Source: Trichomonas gallinae (taxonomy: Eukaryota). From it: 23,076 bases of DNA. The position numbers and the translations under genes were made by a program. Below are positions 1 through 8,863 of this stretch, piece after piece. The stretch spans positions 62,001-85,076 of the forward strand of contig MRSU01005936.1 of NCBI GenBank assembly GCA_008369845.1, given 5' to 3'. Each line of letters begins with the position of its first letter. Within the stretch, counting starts at the first letter, position 1. A model generated the notes under the pieces. It was given only the letters and a program-made list of their open reading frames with translations. It was not told where the DNA came from and did not search any database.

Positions 1-30
1 GAGGAGACGAAAAAGCTCCGCAAGTAACAT
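1..30 (-). CDS. 5' end of a minus-strand gene running off the window (MLLAELFRLL...), partial
   Basis: Reverse complement reads AGAAAAAAAAA-ATG TTA CTT GCG GAG CTT TTT CGT CTC CTC. The A-run before the ATG and the rise in GC relative to the flanking intergenic DNA fit a gene start. Only 10 codons are visible. Confidence 0.55.
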   Translation of the reverse strand, partial: MLLAELFRLL

Positions 31-59
31 TTTTTTTTCTAAACGTCCAGTTTTCCAAA

Positions 60-450
60 CTTTTTGACAACATTTTTGACAAATAAAATCATTTTACATT
101 TCATTTTCTCACAAATATTAATTTTTACATGTCATTTTTCATATTTACATAACAGTTTTACAAAACATTCATTTACATGACAAATTTATTGGAATTTTGA
201 AATATTTACATGACAAATAAAACTATTATCACTTTTCAGATTTACCAAACAATTTTTACACGACAAAAACAAATTTTATACGACAAATTTATTTGAATTT
301 TTCAAATTTACATGACAAAATCAATTTTATGTGACAAATATACATCGCAGGAAAAGAAATTTTTACATGTCATCTTTATTTATTACATGACAAAATATAA
401 CGATTTGAATATTTTATATGACAAAATAATAATTACATGACAAAATTTTC
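60..450 (+). repeat. Degenerate array of ~14 TTTACATGACAAA-like motifs in a divergent intergenic region
   Basis: Copies at about 124, 144, 157, 172, 205, 241, 255, 275, 307, 326, 362, 382, 413 and 432. Exact TTTACATGACAAA at 172, 205 and 307. Segment 175-217 is nearly duplicated at 278-319. Confidence 0.85.
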
Positions 451-471
451 AAAAGACAATTTTTATTTGTT

Positions 472-1803
472 ATGATAGATCCAGCATTAGACGAAATATC
501 CAAAGCAGTAGTATTACGTAAAGGAACTTTCTCCAAAGATTGTCCGTGGTGTAATGGCAAAGAATACCAACATAATAGTACTTATTTATGCCTTCATCGA
601 GAAATTCTAGATTTCACAAGATGGATTCTTCCGAGCGAAAAGGAAAAACATTTAAGATTTTTAGTAATTAAACGTTTTCAAGTTGCTATTAAACAGTTAT
701 GGCCGAATGCAAAAGTTATATGTCATGGATCAACAGCTACGGGAACATTTTTACCAAATGGCGATTTAGATTTTTGCGTTGTTGGACTTCCTGAAGTTAA
801 TGAACTCGAATTGCTTGAAGAATTAAATGACCATCTTCGTAATCTACAGATTGTTGCTAAATCTACAGTTATTTCAGCTAAGTGTCCTATTATAAAAGGT
901 GTTGAGAAACCATTTGGCTTCCACTTCGATATTTCAGTTAACAACGAAAACGGAATCCTTAATATTAGAAGAAATCTAGTATATTTCAAGAAATACCCAT
1001 CATTAGTTCCAATGCTGATGGTTTTGAAGATCTTCCTTTACCAAGAAAAACTTGATGAACCATTTAAAGGCGGAATTTCAAGTAATACGCTTATCCAGCT
1101 TTGTATATTTATTATACAAGCTTCCAAAACAGATGGCAGCATGAATTTAGGTCGTTTAATCGGTTCATTCTTCAGCATATTTGGTAGAAATTTCAATTAC
1201 TTTACTTGCGGCATTTCTACGCGCGAAGATGGCACGCTTTTCTCGCGCATTGATGCAAACAGGCTGAATTTCAAATCACCAGTCACTCTTTGCGTCGAAG
1301 ATCCACAGTTAATTGGAAACTTCCTTGGTGAGAACGCATTTGCTACTCCTGAGTTTCGTGCTGCTTGCAATGAAGCATGCAATAAGCTTTACAAGAGCAG
1401 CGAAGCTGAACAATCAATCATTCTTAGATTCCTCAAATTCCCAGGTGTTTTGGTAGCAATAAGAAATGAGTTACTCAAGCAATACGACTCGCTCCAAGGC
1501 ACACCAGTTGAAGGCTTCAAACTTTCGATCGGAAGAAGGGATGATAGGAAAGATGATGACAGAAGGTTCGACAGGGATGATAGAAGATTCGATAGAGACG
1601 ACAGACGATTTGACAGAGATGATAGAAAATTCTATGATAGGAGAAATGACAGAGATGATAGAAGAAATGATAGGAGATTTGATAGAGATGATCGTCCGCG
1701 CAACTTTGGTAACAGAAACAATGGAAATGGTAGATCATATTTCAAGATGGATTTCGATGATATCGATGGATTTAATAGAAGGAACCCAAAGAATAGACAT
1801 TAA
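472..1803 (+). CDS. TRF4/TRF5 (PAPD5/7, TENT4)-like non-canonical poly(A) polymerase
   Basis: Pol-beta nucleotidyltransferase signature HGSTATGTFLPNGDLDF with a third Asp in FDISVNN, AKCPIIK, LDEPFKGGISS, and PAP-associated motif LCVEDP..GNFLG. N-terminal LHREILDF..WILPS is typical of Trf4. C-terminal RD-rich low-complexity tail. Confidence 0.9.
   Translation: MIDPALDEISKAVVLRKGTFSKDCPWCNGKEYQHNSTYLCLHREILDFTRWILPSEKEKHLRFLVIKRFQVAIKQLWPNAKVICHGSTATGTFLPNGDLDFCVVGLPEVNELELLEELNDHLRNLQIVAKSTVISAKCPIIKGVEKPFGFHFDISVNNENGILNIRRNLVYFKKYPSLVPMLMVLKIFLYQEKLDEPFKGGISSNTLIQLCIFIIQASKTDGSMNLGRLIGSFFSIFGRNFNYFTCGISTREDGTLFSRIDANRLNFKSPVTLCVEDPQLIGNFLGENAFATPEFRAACNEACNKLYKSSEAEQSIILRFLKFPGVLVAIRNELLKQYDSLQGTPVEGFKLSIGRRDDRKDDDRRFDRDDRRFDRDDRRFDRDDRKFYDRRNDRDDRRNDRRFDRDDRPRNFGNRNNGNGRSYFKMDFDDIDGFNRRNPKNRH
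1534..1695 (+). repeat. Coding repeat, ~21-bp unit encoding DDRRFDR
   Basis: Protein reads RRDDRKDDDRRFDRDDRRFDRDDRRFDRDDRKFYDRRNDRDDRRNDRRFDRDDR. The DNA units differ at synonymous positions. Confidence 0.9.
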
Positions 1804-2124
1804 TGGACTTATATTATTTTTGTATGTTTTTGTATTATAAAAGCAAAGTTTAAAGAAATGTAAATAAGCAAAAACAGTGAACAAGATGTATACGCACGAC
1901 TTCATCCTTCACTCGAAGATCTACAGCACTTTCTCCTCTGATATACATGTTTTAGATATAGTTCACAAAACAAGGTATTATCTAATTACGAAAAGTTTTT
2001 AAAAAATGATAAAATATGTTTCGTCTAAAAACAAATAATATATATAGATAAAAGATTTTGTTCCGCCTGCGTCGCTTGTATTTAATTTAACATATGATTC
2101 CTAATAGATAAATTTAAAAATAAG

Positions 2125-2136
2125 AAAAAGAAAAAA
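2125..2136 (-). terminator. RNA polymerase III oligo-T terminator of tRNA-Gly
   Basis: TTTTTTCTTTTT on the minus strand, 4 nt after the discriminator base. Confidence 0.75.
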
Positions 2137-2140
2137 GAAT

Positions 2141-2211
2141 TGCACCGCCCGGGAATCGAACCCGGACCCCCACCTTGGCAAGGTGAAATTCTACCATTAG
2201 ACCAGCGGTGC
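2141..2211 (-). tRNA. tRNA-Gly (anticodon GCC), intron-less, CCA not encoded
   Basis: Minus strand GCACCGC-TG-GTCTAATGGTAGAAT-T-TCACC-TTGCCAA-GGTGG-GGGT-CCGGG-TTCGATT-CCCGG-GCGGTGC-A. Perfect 7-bp acceptor stem, 5-bp T stem with TTCGA, 7-nt anticodon loop with GCC, 71 nt. Confidence 0.97.
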
Positions 2212-2439
2212 TATACATTTTCTATGTTTAAATTTATTAATTGAGATTAATAACTTCAAAAATAATTCGTTATTTCGAACGTAGTTCATAACGACTAGAT
2301 ATCTGAGCAAATAATAACATAACGGGATGAATTTTCCAAAAAAATATAATATACAAGTTAAAAATAAATTTACAAAATTAAATTAAGTTAGTTTTAGATA
2401 AACAATTATACAGAATATATAACCACATATAGTGCTCTC

Positions 2440-3570
2440 TTATCTTGTGCCCCAGTACTGGTAAACTGTTGAAGCAGAGGAGGAATAGTTTCCACACCAA
2501 TTCCTGATGTTGATGCAGTTAATTGTTGCGCAGAAACTGCACCATTGTGTGCCCTCAATGCTACGATAGAATGTGACGAGGCAAACACAGAAGATGAAAG
2601 TCATAGCTGGGAAAGCAAGGAAAGCGATGAGACCATGGCAAATTCTCTCACATTTACCAAATGTTAAGTTTGGCAAAAGCATGAGAGCGAAAAGAATGCC
2701 CATGATTAATCCTCCAATATTCAAGAAGTTGTCAATGAATGGTGTAAGGCCGAGGAGAATGCCAACAACGATTAAGGCGATGGTAATACCAAGATCTCTG
2801 CCCTTGTGTGGGTTGGCTCTCCATCCTGAGAAGAGATCAGCAAGCATGAGACCGATGAAACCGAAGATGCAGCCTGATGCACCGCAAGTAATCATTTCTG
2901 GGACAAGTAAGCAAGAAAGGATTAAACCATAGCAACCAGAAACCATGAAAACGAAAAATGCGCGCCAGAATCCTGTGTCCTTCTCAACGCTGGCTGTAAA
3001 TATGGCGAAAATGATAATAATGATGACATGAATAACACCTGAATGAAGGAAGTGAGCAACTAAGAATCTCCACCATGAACCTTGTAAGATTACAGAAGCT
3101 TGTTTTGCACCCATCAGAACAATGGTATTTTGGTCGGGACCCCACATCATGTTCTGGGAGATGTCGGGCATAGAGCCATACTGTATGAAAACGCAAGCCA
3201 GAACACCAAGATATACAATGATTGTTCCAAAAGACCAAATCTGAGGTGATTTAGCTTCGAGGTTTACAAGTACTGGCTTTTCTTCACTTTCTTCCTTCTT
3301 GGGTTCGGATCTATTGGATTTTTCCGATTCAGAATCTGAAAAATGATCAGGTGTTCTTGTGGCTTTAGCGGGGCGACGGGATGTCCTGGCAGCCTTTTTC
3401 TTCTTTGGCTTATCATCTGGAACGTCGAAATTTAATCTTGATGTAGAAAATTCGTTTGGTGTTGTTTGCATGTTGGCGGATTCCCACCAGTTGTTTCCAC
3501 CACCAACTTTCGTCTCTGTAACATCGCGTCCTGCAGTGAGAGAATTTTTACGTTTCGGTCTTCCGCTCAT
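2440..3570 (-). CDS. Rhomboid-family (S54) membrane protein, probably catalytically inactive (GASG Ser retained, catalytic His replaced by Asn)
   Basis: WWRF (WR motif), HFLHSGVIH, CGASG, TM6 IDNFLNIGG (canonical DNxAHxGG), about 7 hydrophobic helices, a charged cytosolic N-terminus and a Cys-rich C-tail CSFCATINC..WC. Confidence 0.88.
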   Translation of the reverse strand: MSGRPKRKNSLTAGRDVTETKVGGGNNWWESANMQTTPNEFSTSRLNFDVPDDKPKKKKAARTSRRPAKATRTPDHFSDSESEKSNRSEPKKEESEEKPVLVNLEAKSPQIWSFGTIIVYLGVLACVFIQYGSMPDISQNMMWGPDQNTIVLMGAKQASVILQGSWWRFLVAHFLHSGVIHVIIIIIFAIFTASVEKDTGFWRAFFVFMVSGCYGLILSCLLVPEMITCGASGCIFGFIGLMLADLFSGWRANPHKGRDLGITIALIVVGILLGLTPFIDNFLNIGGLIMGILFALMLLPNLTFGKCERICHGLIAFLAFPAMTFIFCVCLVTFYRSIEGTQWCSFCATINCINIRNWCGNYSSSASTVYQYWGTR

Positions 3571-5079
3571 TGATGATAAATGCTGAGAGTTTTAGAAATT
3601 ATCAAAAACCTCTGCAAATTTTTGAGAGGTTTTGTAGTTATTATATAGCTCCCTGTATATAGGTTATCCTTCATTTTCGAAATACTATTCAATTTTGAAT
3701 GTGCATTCAATTCATTAAATTTATTAAAATAACGCCATGACTATATACAATATTTCTACGAATTATTGAGGAAAAATGTTTTACAACAAATGTCAAAACT
3801 ATAGCTTTTACATGACAAATATCATGGATTACATCATTGAAAAGTGTCAAAATGACAGAAATTATTCAAAAGTTAGGACATTCGTTTTACATTCCTCATA
3901 AATTGATAACTTTGTAACGTGCAAATTAGAAGTTTTATTCTTGCCAAATTTATATCATTGCATTATTTAAGATTTTGATATTAAATTTTTAAATAAGGGG
4001 CAAAATTTGTTATTCAGGGGGGTTGATAACCATAATTAAGATCAAAATTTGGATGTTCTAATAATGAACACTTAATTCATATTACATAAAAATTTCCGGA
4101 ATAGTTACGTTACCATTCAAAAATATTTAGGGGCTGAAATAAAATTTTAGGGGAAAATCTAATCATTCATTTATTTTCGCGATTTACTGATTGATTATGA
4201 AATTACTACAGCAAACGGAATGTTCCAACTAACACAAACTAACTTTTGAGTCCGATTCCAAACTGAATCCAATTATATCAGCTCTGCATTTAAAAAATCT
4301 ATGAAGTATGCACATATAACCCATACTCAAATCCTTATATCTTCATCGCCAACATTATTTCAATATTTAAGTAATATTATGATTTCAAGAGTAGTGTTTT
4401 ATATAAACTGTTATTATATGAGCAGAATATTCATATTCCAAAAGAACTTTTGGTATTGTAAAGAAATATTATTAAAATATTGTAGTCACAAGTTTTTTTT
4501 TAAATATGAGAGTACTTAACTAATATAATAGTGACAACTGAATGCTCTATAACCATAAGAAGGGATATTTATGACTAATTTCACAATGAAAATATATTTC
4601 ACCATTAAAAACTTTAATAAATCAACTTTCTCTTGTGTTAACTATTCATATGGGGTAATAAAAAGCATGATGTGATAATAAGATGAATTGGAATAGCGTC
4701 AAATGCCAGATTGTCAAATAATAGCGATAGTTTACAATGTCAGATTTCAAAAAGTAACAGCATGGAGAGTTTTTGACATTTTACATTGTCAGATTTTCTA
4801 AAAAAGTATGGTACTCAGATGAATTGAATTCAGTGTAAGGAAAAAAAAAAAAAAAAACGAAAGTTACGACTTTTTTATGAGTGCAAAAGAATTAATTAAA
4901 TCATTGATAGTATCAATCACATACATGTGTAGTCATTATAAATCAACCTATTTTTGAAAAATATTTTTTTACCTGAAATATTCCACTTTTTCCCCAATTT
5001 TCGTATATATATATGATGACTATTATGATAAAATTCTATAAAATTTGACAAGATTTTATTCTCTATTTTTGTTTCTGAA

Positions 5080-5319
5080 ATGCCGCCTGATAAACGACAA
5101 AAACCGAGAATTATCTTCGTCAGCGCGTATGACACGTCAAAGATGGTAATATATGAACTCGATAAGAACGGAAACATCAAAAATAAAGATAAAAACGGAC
5201 TTTATATGTTCGATAAAATCATATTCACGGCAGATATCAATTTAAAAACAGATCTTATTGAAAGAACTCATGATAGTGTTACAGATGATGTTGTCAAAGA
5301 TCAAGTTCCAATCACATGA
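5080..5319 (+). CDS. Small hypothetical protein (79 aa)
   Basis: ATG in GAAATG context, GC higher than the flanks, protein-like composition (RIIFVSAYD..MVIYELDKNGNI). No recognisable domain. Confidence 0.5.
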   Translation: MPPDKRQKPRIIFVSAYDTSKMVIYELDKNGNIKNKDKNGLYMFDKIIFTADINLKTDLIERTHDSVTDDVVKDQVPIT

Positions 5320-5499
5320 TCAAAAATATAAATGAAATAGATACAATGATTATACGATTTTATCGCTTTCAGGCAATACATATACATATTGTTATTATTA
5401 TTTTGTTGTGAAAAATTTATATATAAAAAAAAAATCGCAAATAATATGAAAGAAACATAACAATTTACACACAAAAGAATGATTATAGTAATTACAATA

Positions 5500-7188
5500 T
5501 TAAGATTTTTTCGAATTTTGAATCTTTTTGTAAAGATCTGAATATTCTGAGAAAATCATTGGAATATCCGCGATTGGGCGCATGATTTTCACTGGTTTCG
5601 GGAACCTATCTTCGATTTCGAAGTTTATTGCTTTTTCTAATTTCGATCCTGGAGTGATTACTCCATCAATGAAAATAGAAATAGCTCTTGACTCATCGAA
5701 AACAACAATCGGTGGAGATTGCATTTGCAGATAGAAATAATAGTTGATTGTGCATTTGCTGGCAATGCAAGTCTCCTGGTCAGCCCATAAACTCAGAGAT
5801 GGATAAAAGGCAGATGAGCGGCTATGGTAACTATGGAAAACGCGACTCTGAGCGTTTGATGCAATAATCTTCAAATTATTGCTGTCATTAGATTTGTAAA
5901 GATGAAGGACTCTTAGGAAGAGCTGCAGGTTGGGGAATACGGCAAACGTATTGTCTGGAGGATCTCCAGGGAAAGTACTGATATTTTGATTATATGCGTC
6001 ATAAAGATTGTCAACGAACTTGTCTAGCATTTGATTTGAGAGTAGATAAGGCATGAGTTGATAAGGATCAACACCGGAAGCGACAGGAATGAAATTCTCT
6101 GATTTTGGATATGAATGCGAGCACCATTGAGTTTCTACGTAAGAAATGTTGCCCTTGAAGTGATGGTATTCAGCCTCAACAGAGAAAACCGAAGGAAGAA
6201 TAGAACCTAAAAATTTTTGCGGAGATAAGGCAAAGGTTTGATAAAAATGATGCGCACATGAAGCATATTGGAAGAAAGTCTTACTGCATCTATAATTAGT
6301 GACTTCTGCCTTAATTGTGATATTATAATATTGATCTTCTGATGTAGCCTTTTCTATCAATTTTCTGATCTGCTCGTGGCATGGTTCACAGTCGTAAGCG
6401 TATAGAGAAGTATCCAAGAAATATCCATCAATATTGATTGGTGTAGGATTAGAAACCATTGATGGCGAAATCCAATCTACGCAGATGTTCTTTTCCTCCC
6501 TAGATGAAGGTCCTCTGTTTGAAAAGAGGATAATGCGCGAGAAAATTGTGTTATCTCCCTTAAGTTGACGGATTAAATCATCAACTCCGTGGCCATGTTC
6601 ACTTTCGGCTTTAATATTGCGTATAAATGGATCTAGTACTGTTTTAGCACTCGAATTTGCCAAGTCTTGCTTCAAATTAAGATGTTTTGTGATCGAAATA
6701 TTATGCGGAATGTCGAAATAAACTACGAAACTGTTGTAAACGGATACATATACGTTGTATGATTTGTGTAAAACACAAATTATAAAGTTTTGCGTTGGAG
6801 GAAGAGCTCCTATAGCAACATTTACGAAATTATGGATATAAGTCATTTCTTTTTCGGAACAGTAAGGGTCTATAGCAAATACAAGCAATTGGTTGAAGTT
6901 AGAAACATTTGATTGACGAAAAACGAATCTTTTGTGTTGCATTTGCTCTTGCGCGAGTTGTTGATTATTTGGCTTAAAAACTTTGAAACAATTTGCGCAT
7001 TTAATCTTTTCTCCTTCCATTGTACATTGTGAATCAACGAAGCTCTTGCATCCTGGACATCGCTCAGGTGTTTGATCTTCGAAAACCTTCTTTTCCTTTT
7101 CCCAATCAAACGGGTAGTAGTCTATGATGACAGGAATGAATGAGGCGGGATTCGATGATGTTGGCCACGTCGGCATCGAACAATGCAT
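5500..7188 (-). CDS. Divergent Sec23/Sec24-like protein (zinc finger plus degenerate trunk domain)
   Basis: PERCPGCKSFVD...KIKCANCFKVF matches the Sec23/24 zinc finger (RCxxCxx[YF]xN...CxxC). It is followed by LLVFAIDP (vWA-like first strand, xFxID) and RIILFSN. C-terminal FYPSL and DRFPKP resemble Sec24 motifs (YPxL, RxPxP). Confidence 0.65.
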   Translation of the reverse strand: MHCSMPTWPTSSNPASFIPVIIDYYPFDWEKEKKVFEDQTPERCPGCKSFVDSQCTMEGEKIKCANCFKVFKPNNQQLAQEQMQHKRFVFRQSNVSNFNQLLVFAIDPYCSEKEMTYIHNFVNVAIGALPPTQNFIICVLHKSYNVYVSVYNSFVVYFDIPHNISITKHLNLKQDLANSSAKTVLDPFIRNIKAESEHGHGVDDLIRQLKGDNTIFSRIILFSNRGPSSREEKNICVDWISPSMVSNPTPINIDGYFLDTSLYAYDCEPCHEQIRKLIEKATSEDQYYNITIKAEVTNYRCSKTFFQYASCAHHFYQTFALSPQKFLGSILPSVFSVEAEYHHFKGNISYVETQWCSHSYPKSENFIPVASGVDPYQLMPYLLSNQMLDKFVDNLYDAYNQNISTFPGDPPDNTFAVFPNLQLFLRVLHLYKSNDSNNLKIIASNAQSRVFHSYHSRSSAFYPSLSLWADQETCIASKCTINYYFYLQMQSPPIVVFDESRAISIFIDGVITPGSKLEKAINFEIEDRFPKPVKIMRPIADIPMIFSEYSDLYKKIQNSKKS

Positions 7189-7205
7189 TCGAAGGCGTGG
7201 ACACT

Positions 7206-7213
7206 GTCACTTT
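7206..7213 (-). promoter_or_regulatory. AAAGTGAC core-promoter motif (trichomonad 'motif 2'-like) upstream of the Sec23/24-like gene
   Basis: Exact AAAGTGAC on the minus strand ending ~18 nt before the ATG. The same octamer precedes two other minus-strand genes in the window. Confidence 0.6.
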
Positions 7214-7640
7214 TGTATTTGCCAGATTTACATTGTCAGAATTTCGATCTTATTCAATTATTTGTCATGTAATACATTTTACTTGACAAAAACATTGAGG
7301 ATATGTTGTTACATGTTATACCATGACATGTTAAATATATCATTGTGATGCGTTATTTTGATATAAATTCCTGTTGCAATTTGGAAAATTGTCCGATCTT
7401 TATAATATTATGCATAATTATGTTTATTAAACTTCATGTACGATTCACATAACTAAAACTCTTATATGTCCATGCTTACAAAACTAATTCGTGCATTTGA
7501 AATTATTTCTTTTAATTTTTTTTAATTTTATCGCTTTTATAGCGACCTTATATTCAAAAATGTGAAGTTAAAAATATGATAAGTTAAATGTCTCTATAGA
7601 AAGATACAAACAATTTTTATCTAATATAACACAAAATTGA

Positions 7641-8183
7641 TTATGCAAAAGTGAGAGGAAGGGATGCTCTAGCATTTTTGGCTCTATTTCCAGGCAAATT
7701 CAGTAATGAATCAGGATAATTTCTAATTTTAGATTTTTCGTAAGTTTTGGACTCGGAGTCAGAGTGTAATATTCTATCAACGCTTATAATGCCAACGGCA
7801 TCTTCAGCAGTAAATTCATGCTGCCGATTAATTTGTATTGTAGATGCAAGTCTATATGTCGATCTTCTTTTTTGCGGTTTCTCTTTGAGTTCTTCTATCA
7901 TGTTTTTAAGATTCGTTAATGAAAAATTCTCAGAGCTGTGATTAATATTTTTTGCAAGATGACCTAAAGGTTTGTTAAGATTTTCGTCATCGAATAGAGG
8001 TGATTCAGCACGTTCATCTGGTATTTCCATTGAAAGAAAATCAATTGGTTCCGATATTAATCTTTTTTGGCTCTGTGAAAGAGGCTTTGTTTGTGATTGT
8101 GGGCGCTCGTTTGAGGTGATTTTACGCTCGACAACAGCTGACTTTTTAGCTGGTGCTGCCTTTGAAGCATGAATCACTCTCAT
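7641..8183 (-). CDS. Hypothetical protein (180 aa), basic and likely largely disordered
   Basis: ATG-to-TAA ORF with coding-like GC between AT-rich spacers. No recognisable domain. Confidence 0.7.
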   Translation of the reverse strand: MRVIHASKAAPAKKSAVVERKITSNERPQSQTKPLSQSQKRLISEPIDFLSMEIPDERAESPLFDDENLNKPLGHLAKNINHSSENFSLTNLKNMIEELKEKPQKRRSTYRLASTIQINRQHEFTAEDAVGIISVDRILHSDSESKTYEKSKIRNYPDSLLNLPGNRAKNARASLPLTFA

Positions 8184-8863
8184 GAAATTTCTATTAAAAC
8201 GTGTTTTGTCATGTCAGATTTGTGATTCGCAATATTTTGTATTTAGATATATTATTTGATTTATTATCTACTTATACTTCGAAATTAAAATTGACAAATA
8301 AATATTAATAAATTTTACATTTGTCAAATTAGATTCTCGTTACTAAATTTCAACAAAAACATCGATAACAATATATTCGTAACAATATATACTAATATTG
8401 ATTTCAAGTTAAGTTGATCTGAGTCATGTGACAATCATTTTAAAAGTTATTTTTGAATGATATTGAAAAGTTACATTTGTATCTTCATTAATATGTTGAA
8501 TTACTTGGTTATTACAAAGTAACAATATTTTATTAAGATAATATTACAATATGATTCATATGTTTTATCAAGATAAAATATACAAATCTTGACTAGAAAC
8601 ATGTTGAAATTATTAATATTAGTGATTATAAATGAGTTATTTCATATAAATAGTCAGTTGTTAGTTGCAAAATTCAAAATAACAAATAAACACAAAAATA
8701 TCCCTAAAATATCAAAATATACATCATAATCCTTGAATGTAATGATATAATCGTATATTTTTAAAATATAACTGGATCAACAGTATTAAAAATAAATTTA
8801 TAAGATGATGATTTGACAAATATAAAAAACGAGATCGTTAAAACCCAACATGTATTTAATTGA

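Noticed and set aside
60..450. CRISPR-like reading of the motif array
   Set aside because: Repeats are short (13 bp) and degenerate, spacers are irregular low-complexity AT, the context is eukaryotic and there are no cas genes.
1534..1695. RD repeat as evidence for NELF-E near the NELF-A-like gene
   Set aside because: The repeat is the in-frame tail of a nucleotidyltransferase and there is no RRM.
1466..1840. 124-aa + strand ORF (MIE/MTE-rich) and the antisense 1517-1738 ORF
   Set aside because: Alternative-frame shadows of the RD repeat in the TRF4-like gene.
3604..3712. Small hairpins AAAACCTC..GAGGTTTT and TTGAATG-TG-CATTCAA upstream of the rhomboid gene
   Set aside because: Stems of 7-8 bp are expected by chance in AT-rich DNA, and there is no other support.
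4226..4245. ACTAACACAAACTAAC resembling the trichomonad intron branch/3' motif (ACTAACACACAG)
   Set aside because: No terminal AG at the required position, no matching 5' splice site and no flanking exons.
4841..4857. A17 tract as a retroelement tail (also T14 at 18957-18970)
   Set aside because: No target-site duplication or element body is recognisable; these are simple homopolymers.
4301..5180. ORFs 4301-4519 (+) and 4917-5180 (-)
   Set aside because: I/F/Y/K/N-rich translations typical of AT-rich non-coding DNA. The second overlaps the better 5080-5319 ORF.
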